Notes under the pieces: model-generated
Seen by the model: only the letters and a program-made list of their open reading frames with translations
Databases searched by the model: none
Told to the model about the DNA's origin: nothing
Origin: Trypanosoma brucei
Taxonomy: Eukaryota
NCBI GenBank assembly: GCA_000002445.1
Contig: CP000069.1
Coordinates: 672,001-736,000 of the forward strand
Direction: 5' to 3'
DNA length: 64,000 nt
Made by a program: the position numbers and the translations under genes
Shown: positions 10,382 through 22,700 of the stretch, one piece after another
How the letters are laid out: each line of letters opens with the position of its first letter
Position numbering within the stretch: position 1 is the stretch's first letter

Positions 10382-11185
10382 TCAGGTTAAGGACGCAGAA
10401 ACACTGCCATATGCACCATAATTAACCTTGTATTCTCCTGCAAGGGCAGGGGATCGTGACCCCACACCGCTGCAAAAAATGTAGTGCTTTTCTCGAAGGG
10501 GCCAACCCATTGAAGCAGCGTAAGAAACTGCTAAAGCTACTGCCGCACCTGGTCCGCCCAAGCAATTCTTTCCAGCACCTACTTGTATAGGCTCTTCTCG
10601 GCGAGTTACTACAAAGTTGGTATCGCCCAGCGATTCAAGGGACGCACTCCCCAAACTCACAGCCTCACCAAGGTGTACAGCTACGCACCCACCCAAATCC
10701 GCTGCGAACCCTGTTGTATGGGGAGGATAAAAGGGATACCGTGACCCGACGAACTCCACACCGGGGAAAAAAGCGTCACAAACAGCTGGCACTGTGTTGG
10801 CTGTGAGTTGGGTCGGGGGGTCACGACCGAGACGAATAACGAAAAGTGGTTCAACAAATTGTATTCGGTGTTGTTTTGCCGAAAAAACAGAACCCTGGAA
10901 AGAGTTAGAAAAAATGGGAACACACACCGGCTCTGTGGCTCTCAAACACTGAAGGGGTGGTGAAGTTGGGGGAACAACCTTAATACCCACGTAATTGAAG
11001 TTGTGATCTTTCATGGCTTCACAAAGAAGCGAATGAAACTTGACGAGCTCTCCGGTACCTGTTCCGTGACGCGGAAATATCTCACTTAGTGCAGGCAACT
11101 CTCGATCAGAATTCTGGAGGTAGTCGACATAGCTTTCAGCTGAGACCTTCGAAATAATCAACCGACACCACGACCAGCGGAACAT
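10382..11185 (-). CDS. Hypothetical protein, 267 aa; possibly a hydratase/decarboxylase-like enzyme
   Basis: ORF with an ATG start (cat at 11183..11185). The family assignment is not secure. Confidence 0.45.
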   Translation of the reverse strand: MFRWSWCRLIISKVSAESYVDYLQNSDRELPALSEIFPRHGTGTGELVKFHSLLCEAMKDHNFNYVGIKVVPPTSPPLQCLRATEPVCVPIFSNSFQGSVFSAKQHRIQFVEPLFVIRLGRDPPTQLTANTVPAVCDAFFPGVEFVGSRYPFYPPHTTGFAADLGGCVAVHLGEAVSLGSASLESLGDTNFVVTRREEPIQVGAGKNCLGGPGAAVALAVSYAASMGWPLREKHYIFCSGVGSRSPALAGEYKVNYGAYGSVSASLT

Positions 11186-12151
11186 ACCCTTTAACGGGGG
11201 AAATAGAAAAACAAAACAAAAGGTAGATGTTTCCCTACCGTTTCCCTCTTACCTCAAATCCGACTAAAAAGAAAAGGTAAAGGGGCGACTATAAATCTGC
11301 ACGTATGTTACATTTAAGCGGTACGTTATTCGGATAGTCATCCCAAACATGTTTTTCTCGCTCCAGAAAGTTGCAAATGCACAATTCGACGTTCCATGTA
11401 CGTGAAATCCACAGTAAACGCCAGAGCTACGAAAGGAGGGAAACATCCCAAGGAAACCAAAAATCAGCTACACAAGCATACATCTTGTCTGCGGAAGAAC
11501 AAAAACAAAAACACGGGATATTCATTCTGCCATATTCCCGGTGCTGCCTCAGCGGAGGGGCTGATTCCACACTCCAGGCTACCAAGCAAAATATCCCAAA
11601 TTCCTTATGAGGAAACTGGGTCATGTGCGCACAGCTCATTTCGCTTCGCTATGCGCGGACTGTGTGTTGAACACACTTCCGTAACGTTGTAGATATTGAC
11701 CAATGCTTCGCAACATTAGGCCAGTCTCATGCAATAACTTAGAATAATATCTGTTTATTGAATCGTACTCCCCTGTTCTCAATGAATTCAGCATGGGGTG
11801 CGTGCTTATAGACAACAATCCTTTATTCTCGCACTATCAGATTTCGCTTAACACCCCTTACCCCACGCATTATATCTACTTTGAATATTAAAGAAGGGGG
11901 AAAAGAAAAATACACAAAGAGACATGTCTCACGTCCACGCCGCGAAAACAGAGTTTTCATGGTGTTATATAACAATTACACGTTACAAATTTGTTTGGTG
12001 AGCACATTTGCACCTCATGCAACGAACTCGCGAATTGCGCCCACTCTTGCGTTCCCTGTACAACGAAAACATAACACAACTCATACACATGGTAGGAACG
12101 ATTGCTAACAGGTAACAGTGTTTCCAAACGAAAATTTTTGAACTTACAAGA

Positions 12152-13795
12152 TCACGCGGAGAAGAACAGACTCCGTCCAACGCTTGGGTGATGAGAATGA
12201 TCCTTGCTAGATGTTGCAGTTGGGTCAGATCGAAGGGTTCGAGAGGCAGCCAAAAACGATATATCGTCGGGGGAAGGAGAACACAATGACTCTTCAATTC
12301 TCTTCGCGAAGCCATGCGACGCCTCCCCAAACTCTGTTGCCAGTGCCCGATCCAGCATATCCCGGCAAAACGAATCAGCCTTAATACTCAGAGCAGTATG
12401 ATAATGGGCGATAGCCATTTTCATGTCACCCATCAAATGATGTGTAAATGCTAGAGCGCAGTGGCCGTGGCTTGCGCTCGGACGACATTTGACATAGAGG
12501 GTGTAGAAGGCAATCGCCTGTTTGTAACACTGAAGCTTTCTGTAGACAGTTGCCAAATTAAAAATGATACAGTCTCTGTGCTCTGATGCATTTTCAGGAT
12601 TAACAAGGGATTTGTAGGCCTCTTCAAGCATTTCACGGGCCTTATCAACCCGTTGGGTTCGCATGTACAAAACGCCAATCTCGTTTAGTACCAAGGGGTC
12701 GTTGGGCATCGCCTTCTTAGCCTCCTCGAGGAAGTGCGACGCCAGTCTCCACTGATGGGCTCGACCATATTGCATGCCAACAAACGTGCTGCAACAAGGT
12801 AGTCCGGGGAAGAAGTTCATCGCACGTCTGTACACAATCAGTGCCTGCTCTCCTTCCTCTAATTTCGCATAACAGTGACCATACGCAATCCACGCCTCTG
12901 CAAAGGAGGCATCTAATTCCGTCGCCCTGGTGAAAAATCGGCCGGCACGCTCATAGTTGGATAAAGAAAAGTGGAAACAACCAACAGCATAAACTGCAAG
13001 TTCGGCATGGGGTTTGCTGCTGCAAAGTAGGTGAGCCACGTCAAACAGCTTTGAGGTGGCTTTCATATCTACAAGAATGGAAAGATGCAAGCAAACACAT
13101 TCTCTATTAAATGGTGAGATTTTTAACAAGCTGGTAGTCAAACTCAAAGCCTGTTGCAAATCATTTCTTTCATACTCAGTCCGGGCAGCTTGTAACAATA
13201 AGGTGGTCCTCGGAATATACTTGTCAAACTCTTTGGGAACAAATTCACCTGGTAACCGAGCATAATAGGAAGCACGCAGTGCTTCGGCCTCGGGTGGCAG
13301 CCGTAAGGATTCTATAGTGTCACGCAACTCGTTGACACCCAAGAGCCTTCTCTCAATCAGTGCATTCATAGGCTCACCACAAAACGGGTCAATATCCAAT
13401 GCCGCACAATAGTTATGAACGGCACGCTTTGTGTCTCCTGAAAGCTCAGCGCACCTTCCAAGGTAGCACAAAGCCACAACGTTCATGGAGGGACTGTCTT
13501 TCAGTCTTTCTGCATAGGCGGAACACCCCCTCACATCCCCTAATTCATAGGCCGACTTCATAGCTATCGCCACCGCCTGCATATTTCCCTCAAAATCCTT
13601 TGCCACATCCGCAGCGATGCGAAACGCTTGATCATAATCTCTGGCAGCAAGCAACGTTGTCGCATGAAGAAGCGAAAACTTGACTGAAGTGGGGTTCACC
13701 TCCCGCAGCATGGCGGTGAGTGGGACAGCATTAAGAGGCTGTTCGGTTTCCAGGAATCTCTGCGCGTTCGATTCAAGTACAGCTGACAGCTCCAT
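12152..13795 (-). CDS. TPR-repeat protein; possibly an APC/C Cdc16/Cdc23-like subunit
   Basis: Multiple TPR-like 34-aa motifs (e.g. AIAFYTLYVKCRPSASHGHCALAFTHHLMGDMKMAIAHYHTALSI). The start is moved to the first ATG (MELSAVLES; cat at 13793..13795). The track start is GTG. Confidence 0.6.
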   Translation of the reverse strand: MELSAVLESNAQRFLETEQPLNAVPLTAMLREVNPTSVKFSLLHATTLLAARDYDQAFRIAADVAKDFEGNMQAVAIAMKSAYELGDVRGCSAYAERLKDSPSMNVVALCYLGRCAELSGDTKRAVHNYCAALDIDPFCGEPMNALIERRLLGVNELRDTIESLRLPPEAEALRASYYARLPGEFVPKEFDKYIPRTTLLLQAARTEYERNDLQQALSLTTSLLKISPFNRECVCLHLSILVDMKATSKLFDVAHLLCSSKPHAELAVYAVGCFHFSLSNYERAGRFFTRATELDASFAEAWIAYGHCYAKLEEGEQALIVYRRAMNFFPGLPCCSTFVGMQYGRAHQWRLASHFLEEAKKAMPNDPLVLNEIGVLYMRTQRVDKAREMLEEAYKSLVNPENASEHRDCIIFNLATVYRKLQCYKQAIAFYTLYVKCRPSASHGHCALAFTHHLMGDMKMAIAHYHTALSIKADSFCRDMLDRALATEFGEASHGFAKRIEESLCSPSPDDISFLAASRTLRSDPTATSSKDHSHHPSVGRSLFFSA

Positions 13796-14019
13796 ATTCC
13801 TCTTCGTAACTAATTCAGTTGCAAAGAAAAAAGTTAGGGCACGAGAAGAACCAATATAGAACAAAGCATGATAAAGTGGGATTGAAAACGTTACAATGTA
13901 CGAATAACAAACACCACAGATACTAAAAGGGAAAGAGAAATTCTCCTGCATACCCTCACCAAAGCACACTGCAACGAACAAATCGCAGTAAGAGTGAAGC
14001 TGTACAACACAGACCACCA

Positions 14020-17000
14020 CAGGCGAGATACCGAAATAACTTTGAATCGGTACTAGCCAAAAAACTAAAATAAATCAGCACTCCAGCTTAACATCAATCT
14101 CCTTCGACACCCATTAAACAAAAAGTGTGGGAAACAATGTAGATACATTTAATGAATCCAGTGATTCAGGCAATCTGCATGAAAGTTGCAAACTACACAC
14201 CCTGAAGAAGCATGTGAATCCACCACTGGGACAGTATAAAGTACAAGGATGTGGACCCTACAGACACCGACAACAGTCCAACACATTCAGCAGTACCTAT
14301 GACGAAATCGTAAACAAACAAACAGAGGGCAAGGAAAACAAAAGATAACTACATCAAGCTCCCGGAGGCCCGGTGGATGATAAATATAATTACCCCCTCC
14401 CGCGAACACAGCTAGTGTCAGCTGACAGAACTGCAAATGGTAAACACAAAGAAACTCACAGGAAGGGCAAGGAAACCAAAAACGGAGACACCGGATTCAC
14501 TGTGCGAAAACGTACGAAACCACCAACGTCGAGGACACACCTCTGACACAAAAGCGCTAATAAGACCCCCGTAACTCCCTCCGATCCCTCCCCCCCCCCC
14601 TCATCCGCACCTGCACCAAGCACGTGTGCACACCACATGCAGCAGCGAGTTCAACCAAACAAAACACGCCTGACAAACATCCCAGAGCACGAAGCACAAC
14701 CTCTAAACGGGCTCCTGAAGAAGATAGCAGAACCCTAAAGAAGGAGAAACCGCCCCACATCGGCAACGTAGCACCATTGCCAGCCTCCTCATTGGCACGT
14801 CCGAGGCCGGTGCCCCGTATTACAGAGGGGGAAAGCCAAGAGCCGGCGGCCTGCCGCACCTGCGCGTGATACACATACGCGTAGTGTACCCCCGGCATTG
14901 CAGAGTAATGAGATCAGAGCACGGTATTAAGGTATTCTCCTGTATTTGTTGGTCTCTTACCACGGGTCAGCGGACTGTTAGCGGCACTGGGGGCGGTTGG
15001 TGACACAGCCCAAGGCGTCGCCGAAGCTGTATGCTGATCTGCGGCTATGCCCGACGATTACACCGCTCGCGGTCAGCCGAAGGCAGGGCATGCAGGGTCT
15101 TACGGAGGTGGGAAATCAACTTAAAAAACTCCTGAAACTTCCCCGATATTTGACTGCTGAGAGCAACCGCAACATCACCCCTTAGCACACGTACACTCCT
15201 CCGTGCCAGCCCCTGATGGGATGCCGACGATACTTCTCATGTTCGCCGATTCGGTGAAAAAACTGCCCCTAACCTTATCAGCATCACTCTCGTTATTATG
15301 GACACTTCTTGCGCATACAACTCCTCGACTCTTGCAGGCTTCGTTGCGTGGCCCGGTTACTATGGCGCCTTCCTCAACGCATACCTCTACAGGCCACTGC
15401 AAGATTTAGTGGAGGAGGCGCCATCCCCCGAAACGGTATGCGCCCGCTTTGGCAGTCCAAACATCAATGAAGTCATCTTTTGATCACTAGGTATCGTGGA
15501 CAGGTCCAGCCCGTGGGGTTACATTTCAGCTTCCGTCAACCCGCCTCTGTTTGCGTTAGCATAAGGTTGCCGGCGAGGAAAAGGTTTCATATATTCTGTT
15601 TACATTGGTTAGTGGCTCAATGGATCCATCGTTCACGGCCATGAACAGAACAAAGTCGGACACCGTTCTTTTTGCCACACGACACGGTCATGTGAGATTT
15701 CCCCAAAACTCGTTGGTTTGTACTGACTCTCGCTATCTTGTTTGGTGGAAAGTTTCTTACCCACCACATAATTTGTAGGTTAGGAGATAACTTCTCAGGC
15801 ACTCGAATTGCGTCACCACTCTCCATGGGTCCAAACTCACGAGTGTAGAGTTAGCTTGACCGTGCTGAGTACATTCGGTTCGTACGAAGTTGCGTCTCCA
15901 ATCAACTGAGTTATCGATTCTGCTGCCGAAGGTTGGCGCAGAAACCTTTTCCTTTTGTAGGCACAACCAACGGTCAACGGAATCCACAAATCTCCTTTGG
16001 ACCAACTACTGCATTGCTTTGTAATTGGCGCAGGTGGGCGCTGTTAGTTTTTGACGATGCCATGACAGCAGTCCCCTTGCTTTCCCTTAACGCCAGTTCA
16101 ATAGCTTCACACCTCCACTTTCCCCGTCAGTTCCCAGTATTTTCGATTCCCGTTGAGTAGTTTTTACATGTGGTTTAGCCCGTTTACCTCCATGTTCTTT
16201 AGTTGGTACACCACAAACGCCATTTTCTTCAGCAGAAGAAGGAAATTTCGATCTTCCTGTGGCAACAATCGGCTCCGGCGTGTGAAACGGTTTGAGTTTC
16301 GCGTGTTCTCAACCTCTGGCACGTTCTTTACCGGGGCATCTGAGAGTTTTGTCTGTCGTTGGTGGCGCATATTTGCCGTTGGTCGCTACCCCTGCTCCTT
16401 CTATCAGCATCTTGCCGTTTGCGAGCAGCACAGAATTGACAATAAACCCATGACAAGCATTAAGGCCGATTATTCCCAGCAACCTTCTTCCGTCACTAGA
16501 TGTTCGGATGAGTCTCTTTTGGATTGTTGAGGTGGTTCCGTATATTGTGTTTTTTCCCCGATATGACGATGATATTGCTTCTCCTTCTTCCCCAATGCCT
16601 CTTTATCCTCATCCTAAATTCTGAGAACTTGATGCCTCGCGTCGACCGGCGTCGCTTTTTCCCCCAGGAATGGTTCTCGTGGAGTGGCCGGGGGTCGGGA
16701 TTATACTATCGTCCATGCTGCTTATAGCCTTCGCTGACTTGCGGAGTCTTCTCTCCATTTTTTTTCTATTTCCATTGGGTGATTCATCACCGTTCTGCAC
16801 TGTCCGAAAGATTGGGAGTATTGGGCATACACTTGTTGTTATTCCATCCGTCCATAACCAAGTGTTGGAGTCAAGTGTTCTTCAGCAGTGGTCGCCGTCC
16901 TGTTTACGATTGCTTGTGCATCCTCGAGGTTCGGCATCTGGGGAAGTGGTGTCTAGGTTCGGTCCCGCCTTGAAGTCCTTTCATTCCACGCAATCGACCC

Positions 17001-18029
17001 CGCACTAGCGAGTCGCACCCCATCATATATGCTCTTGTCCCAGTTGCTTGGGTTCCGTTATTCCGCGAGGCGTATTGGTCTGGACGCAGTGGCGGGGGTT
17101 GGCGTACGCCGTCGCGGCCGGGGGTCCTCCCAACATGCTTGGTATTTTGACCTTCTGCGTGTGCCCGCTGAAACTCTTCATTGGGTGGTGGCCTTGCGGG
17201 TTTGCTTGGCGGGTCCCTCGCTATTTATGGTGTGTAGGTGACGTGCTCTCGGGTGTGCGACGGAGAAGTTTGGCGCGTCAAAGGCTAGAGATGTTAGTGT
17301 AGCTTCCGCCTCGGCTTGTGAGGTATGCGTCCCAAAGGTGGTGGTTTGTGTGTTTGTGTGTGTGGACGCCCTGGCTTCCTGTGGTGCCTCCACCCGAGAG
17401 GCACCGTCCCTGGTGGGGGTGGTTCAGGAAGCCTATAACCTTCTGGGGTCTGCCAGTAGTTTGTTTTCTTTGGATCTCCTTCCGGCATCCGCGCTGAGTA
17501 ATGGTGTGGGAGGGTGGATGCTTTTCCTTGCGGTACGGGAACCCGAGTTTCGGTGCAGTTGGAGTACTTTGCGTGCTCCTGGAGTCTAGCAATGTTTCCC
17601 ACCCTCCACCTGACTTCAAACAGTGCGCCGTTAGTGCTACTTCCACTTCCAGAAGAGGTGTCAGCGGTGGTCTTCCTAGCGTTTTGCTACGTGGTGATGG
17701 CTATCGGCTGCGGTCGTCTTCTCCAGTCGAAACGGATGTGACCGTAGTGCAGGCGTGGTGCTAGCGTTTTCTCTACCTGTTGCTGCCCAAAGCCGTTCTC
17801 CTTAGCGTCGTTTTATGTTGTTCGTTTTAAAATGACTGTCCTTAGCGTAGCGTTGCGTGCAGGTCGTATAAAGCTGCTCGGGCGCCAATATTATGTGTTT
17901 TGGGTGTAACCACCTTCTATTTCTTTCTTCGTATGCTGATTGTTTGTGGACTTATTTTGTTTGCCGGCGATGAGTTTCTGATTTGTATACTCAACTTGTT
18001 CAATATTTAGTTTTTTTTAAATGGCAACA
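14020..18029. promoter_or_regulatory. Divergent strand-switch region, a candidate RNA pol II transcription start region for two polycistronic units
   Basis: All credible genes to the left are on the minus strand and all to the right are on the plus strand. About 4 kb here has no convincing ORF. CA-rich sequence on plus (GT-rich on minus) lies at about 14100..14760. GT-rich sequence on plus lies at about 16100..17900. There is also a C11 run at 14586..14596. Confidence 0.5.
14766..15010. repeat. Copy B of the same roughly 250 bp repeat, in inverted orientation, inside the strand-switch region.
   Basis: The reverse complement of 566..817 matches here. The similarity ends sharply on both sides. 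Confidence 0.8.
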
Positions 18030-18916
18030 TGACCATGAGACGCTTCGGAGGTGCATTAACTCGGCCGTTAGGGGGGATGCGGCGAGTTGTTGTTGGCCCG
18101 AACGGAAGCGTACCGGAGGCCGGGTGTGTACCCACCTTTGAAACAAGACGCCGAAAGAGGCTAAGGTTGGGTGGCAGCTTGACGGGTGATTGGGTGGCTT
18201 CTACCGAGTCGCTGAGTGGTTCGTGCGTGCGTGAAGAGGAAGCGAGACTACTTTGCTTTGAGAAGTATGGATTTGTTCACAAGCCGTTAACGATGGCATC
18301 TTGGTCTGATTTTTTGCAAGAATTGGCTCGATTTGAATTTCGGTGGAGGCTTTTGCCATGCGTCGGTGGCGTCACTGTTCTCAACATTGTTGAGCGTAAC
18401 TGTGGCGACGAAAATGTGCTGTGCGATCTCAGGACCTCGTGCGGGTCGGCACCGTTCGCTCAGTTTTTCGAATGTTTGGGCGCTTTCGTACAGGGCACCT
18501 CGGAAAAAAGATGTATAATGTTTTGTGACCCAAATGGACTGGAACAATCACTTGAAATTAGGGCGAAGCGGCATCTTTCTCCCGCCTTAGGTGAGGGGTT
18601 CGAGGACGAAAAGCCCATTCTCCCCACACTTGCACAGTACGACTGCCGTGGAACATTGGTTGATTTAGTTCTTAAAGATATGAAGACGGATGTCCTGCGC
18701 CCTATTATCAGTGACATCTCTATGCAGGCGCTGAATTATGCGTTCTTGGTGTCCATTCCTTTGTTTCTAAGGCAAGCGGACGTTGGGGTGAGGAACACTG
18801 ACCTTGTTTCAAAGGAACAAATGCGGCACTTTCGTTTCGCGTGGTGCTTTTTACGGAGGGAGTCGATGATGACACCTGTTGAAATAGGGGAGTTAGATAC
18901 CCTGTTGCCACCGTGA
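18029..18916 (+). CDS. Hypothetical protein, 295 aa
   Basis: ATG-initiated ORF. It is the first gene of the plus-strand cluster. The N-terminus is R-rich (MTMRRFGGALTRPLGGMRR). Confidence 0.45.
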   Translation: MTMRRFGGALTRPLGGMRRVVVGPNGSVPEAGCVPTFETRRRKRLRLGGSLTGDWVASTESLSGSCVREEEARLLCFEKYGFVHKPLTMASWSDFLQELARFEFRWRLLPCVGGVTVLNIVERNCGDENVLCDLRTSCGSAPFAQFFECLGAFVQGTSEKRCIMFCDPNGLEQSLEIRAKRHLSPALGEGFEDEKPILPTLAQYDCRGTLVDLVLKDMKTDVLRPIISDISMQALNYAFLVSIPLFLRQADVGVRNTDLVSKEQMRHFRFAWCFLRRESMMTPVEIGELDTLLPP

Positions 18917-19092
18917 CTCGCAGCCAAAGCTTTTTCCGCGCCGTTATATATTGTTCTTACCACATGTTTGTTGCTCATTGCTATCAAGTGGAGGTAGTTT
19001 ATGATTATTGATTTCCCCCACTCATCATTCTTTTTTTTCTATTTTTTTTCTACTATTCATTTTGATTGTTCCATTTAGGAAGCGAACAAGCG

Positions 19093-19761
19093 ATGCGTGC
19101 GCTTACGTTTCGAAGCTCTTTGTGCGCCGGAAGGACGGCTGTTGGTGCCATGTGTTTCGGTCGACTTTGGGCTTCAAGTACTTCAGCCACCGAAGGCAGC
19201 GAGAAACAGAACGTGACAGAAGATTCCGAGACAGTCTCTGTTGCTCCAGTCTCCCCTGAGGCATATGCGAAGCTCGAGAAGGAGCTGTCTGATGCCAAAG
19301 AGCGTATCGCCGAATTAAAAAAGGAAGTGCTCTATCGTGCTGCTGACGCTGAAAATGCTCGACGTATCGGAAGCGAGGATGTTACAAAAGCGAAGGCGTA
19401 CGGGATCACTTCGTTTGGAAAGGATATGTTGGATGTTGTGGATACGCTTGAGAGAGGTTTGGAGGCAATCACGAAGCTGCCTCAAGCAGAAGTGGAAGGT
19501 CACAAAACCCTTTCTTCTATTCACACAGGAATAAAGTTGTCATTGAAGCTTTTGCTTAATAACTTAGCAAAACACGGGATTGAGAAATTGGATGTTGCCG
19601 TGGGCGCTAAATTTGATCCGAACTTTCATGACGCACTTCTTAAAGTGCCACCCACTGCAGAGGCACCCCCTGGTCACATATCAACAGTTCTAAAAACAGG
19701 TTACAAGATTCAAGACCGCGTTCTGCGTGCTTCTCAAGTTGGAGTAGCTTCGGATGATTAG
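19093..19761 (+). CDS. Mitochondrial GrpE nucleotide-exchange factor
   Basis: GrpE-like sequence: ...KEVLYRAADAENARRIGSEDVTKAKAYGITSFGKDMLDVVDTLERG...QDRVLRASQVGVA. An N-terminal presequence (MRALTFRSSLCAGR) is present. The start is moved to the first ATG (19093). Confidence 0.85.
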   Translation: MRALTFRSSLCAGRTAVGAMCFGRLWASSTSATEGSEKQNVTEDSETVSVAPVSPEAYAKLEKELSDAKERIAELKKEVLYRAADAENARRIGSEDVTKAKAYGITSFGKDMLDVVDTLERGLEAITKLPQAEVEGHKTLSSIHTGIKLSLKLLLNNLAKHGIEKLDVAVGAKFDPNFHDALLKVPPTAEAPPGHISTVLKTGYKIQDRVLRASQVGVASDD

Positions 19762-22700
19762 CGTAGTTAAATGTGCTTCCGACATAGTACGATATTAAGA
19801 AGAAGAGGGAAAGTAAAAAAGGAGGGCACCAAGATATAATAACCACCATTGACTTAAATAAATGAGAGAGCAGATGATTGACTCGCACAGGGGGCAAAGT
19901 GTAGCGGCACATCCTGTCATCATACTGAAAAAATATGCATTACTCCCTTTTTTGTTTTGCGCGCAGCAAACCTTGATTTTTATTTCTCCCCATTTTTTCA
20001 CCATTTTAGGTGTCAGTTATCGATTTTGTACTCCCTGCTTCCCCCTAATGTTGAGGAATCGATAAAGGATGAAGGATATCGTGCGTGGAGGGAGATCTTG
20101 TGTGGCTCGTCTATCTATTTTGTTTTCACGACCATTTAGTTTGCCTCGTCTGCTGTTTCAGCTAGTGTTGCCAGTAGTAGCACGGCTGTTGGCAGTAGAG
20201 AGACAGGATTATTTTCTACTCTGCGTCAGACTTTGACTTTTCTTTGGAGGATGGCAGTCATTTGTTTGAATCAAACTCTCGCAGAGGGCACCGACGGAAA
20301 AGCTTGTAGAACATACTTTATTCTATAAGCGGTCTTTGTTGCTCGTCCCTTTCTATTGTCTTTTGGTATTATCGATATCGGTTTGACGGAGAAAATAATA
20401 CCACCTGAATAAATTCCGGTGCTGAGCTTTCTTATTCAGATATCCTTCTGTTTTGGAAGTTGGGGGATTTCGGTGGAGGATAACGCGTCACCGCTTGGAT
20501 GTAGACGCAGAATGTCTACAGGTTGTTGCACGGCATACGGCACAGGGGATGGCGGTCTCGTTCCATATGTGGGTACTTCTAATCAAGATGCAGTAGTGGT
20601 AATACTTAGAATATATGGAAGGAGAGTTCGTTTCTATTGTATATAAAATCATTTGAGCCCGTTCCATTAGCGCACGTTGTAGTTTAAACGAAGCGGTTTA
20701 GAAGTTTGAGTACCACTGTAGGAGTTGACGTTTAAAAAAATTTTGATGTGAGTAAAGCACTGGTGGCGACGGAATAACTGGGTTGTATACCTGTGTTGGA
20801 TGGAGGTGCCATTACTTTTTTTGTTGGCTGGATTGTATGAGCTTTTATACTCAGGTGTTGTTCCAACTCATTCTGGTATAGGCTGAAGGCGAGTTCGCTG
20901 CAACGTTACTCTGCGGCCGCGCTGAACCATAATGAACCAAGGAAACTGGTCGTTTGTTAGATGGGTGTGCGGCAGAGGTGACACCCTTACAAAAGGATGT
21001 TGTTTCGTATCACTGGTGTATGTGGTTGCAGGTTATGTTTAATTTTAAACTTCCTGTTGTCACCATACCTGTTCTCTTCTATTTTTTCACATTGATTCTT
21101 GCAGGGGTGGTGACGAAACTGCAAGCATATGCGTCTGGAATTATAGGTAGTTATCGGAAGGACTCTGACGTGTAGCGGGAAAGCCGTAGGTGAGCTGTTG
21201 CTTTCTGGGACTTAGTTTCCTATTTTGAAAATCGTGGTCCGAAGGAGCATCGCTCAATCGGTCAGTTGAGCCCTGTTGGAGTGTGTAGCAGACTCTGCGG
21301 GCGCGGCCATAGACCCTTCTCATACGAACACGCAAGAGACTGCACACCACGTTGGATGCGACGCTGTCAGATGGCAGTAACCTATCTATTGTGGTAGCTA
21401 TCCCCCGGGGGGACACATTGGAGCGACAGGTACTATTGTAGCAGAGGCACAGGGTAGAGAGAGAAGTCTTTTGCCGCCGTGTGAGGTAGGGCTTCCGATT
21501 GCTGTGGCTTGACCGAGGGTACAGACTTTACCATGAGCACAGATACTGAAGATTTGACGTGTTGAGGGTATTCACTCGGAACTCCTGTCGTTACAGTCTC
21601 CCCAGTAAATGGATGTAGTTTCCTCGTGTAATGTGAAGGTGTGCAGGGATTTTCCCGGTGACGACAGTACCAAGTAACTGTCTGGTGGTGTTGTGATGTG
21701 TGTGTGTGGAAGGTGCCTTTTTGTCGGTTAGTGTGAAAGATATCTCCTTTTTACCCACTGGGTACTATCTGTGGTTAACTTCGAAGAGATTGACTGGAAC
21801 TAAGCGCGTACTTGTTTTGATGTTACGACAGTGGGTTCATTGGTGTCACAGGCTACACTACCCATTGAGACGAATCGTGCTTTACAGTGTGGTAGGCGGC
21901 AAGAAAGTCAGTGGTGGAGGTGAAGGGGTAGATGCAGCACGTCCCCATTTTATTTGGCCTACTCTGTGGTGCAGCGTATGTTTCCTGGTTGCATTTATTC
22001 ACCGCATGGGTTTCCGACGTTCTAGCGGTTTTGTAGTCCCCGTCATTCATTAATAGCGGTGTGTTTGCTCGTTCGGAAGTATTGAAGTTCGCATACCTTT
22101 GTCGTTGTTGTGACGATGGCAGCTAAGTAGAACCACATCTCTACAGTCAGCCGCTCTCTCTTAATGCTTCATCTTTTTTTTTTTTCGTAAACACCGGGGG
22201 ACTTCCTTTGTGTTCACAACCATTTATATTGGTTAGTTTGGCGAATACCGTAAGTCCCTTGATCAGCTTTCAAAAGGGTCAAAGAGGCCGGAGCGCTGGT
22301 TTATTGTGTAGTGGGGGTTACATTTGATGCATGTATTGGTTGGTGAACAATCGGGCACATTGGTGTGTTTGCTTGAGTGTGGTTCAATTATTTACTGGGT
22401 CTAACTTTGTATATTTGACGCAGCATTGTAATTTGTAAAGAGCAATTACAAAAATCATGAGCAACATCGGTACAACCGCATCTTCCACACCGTTGCCGCT
22501 TGCAGCCGTTATAACTCTGCCGTTTGGCATTTACAGTTTTGTGGGACAGCTCCGCAGCACAATTGTGTATTGTTCCTCATGAAATCCAGCATGAACTGCA
22601 ATGGGCCCAGTGGTGGAGGAAATGCAAAGTTTACGTTGTTCAGCTACTACAAAGAATGTGGAGCTTCGGCGATGCTTTAGTAAGCGGTCTTTATCTTAAC

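Noticed and set aside
16130-16160. tRNA-like T-loop motif ttcgattcc at 16143..16151 in the strand-switch region.
   Set aside because: The flanking sequence does not form a T-stem. No acceptor or D-arm features lie upstream at the right spacing. I found no other tRNA-like box A/B pairs in the strand-switch region.
16153-17646. Several 60..125-aa ORFs on both strands in the GT-rich part of the strand-switch region.
   Set aside because: The composition is biased toward Phe/Cys/Val/Trp from the GT-rich DNA. None reaches convincing length, and they are mutually overlapping.
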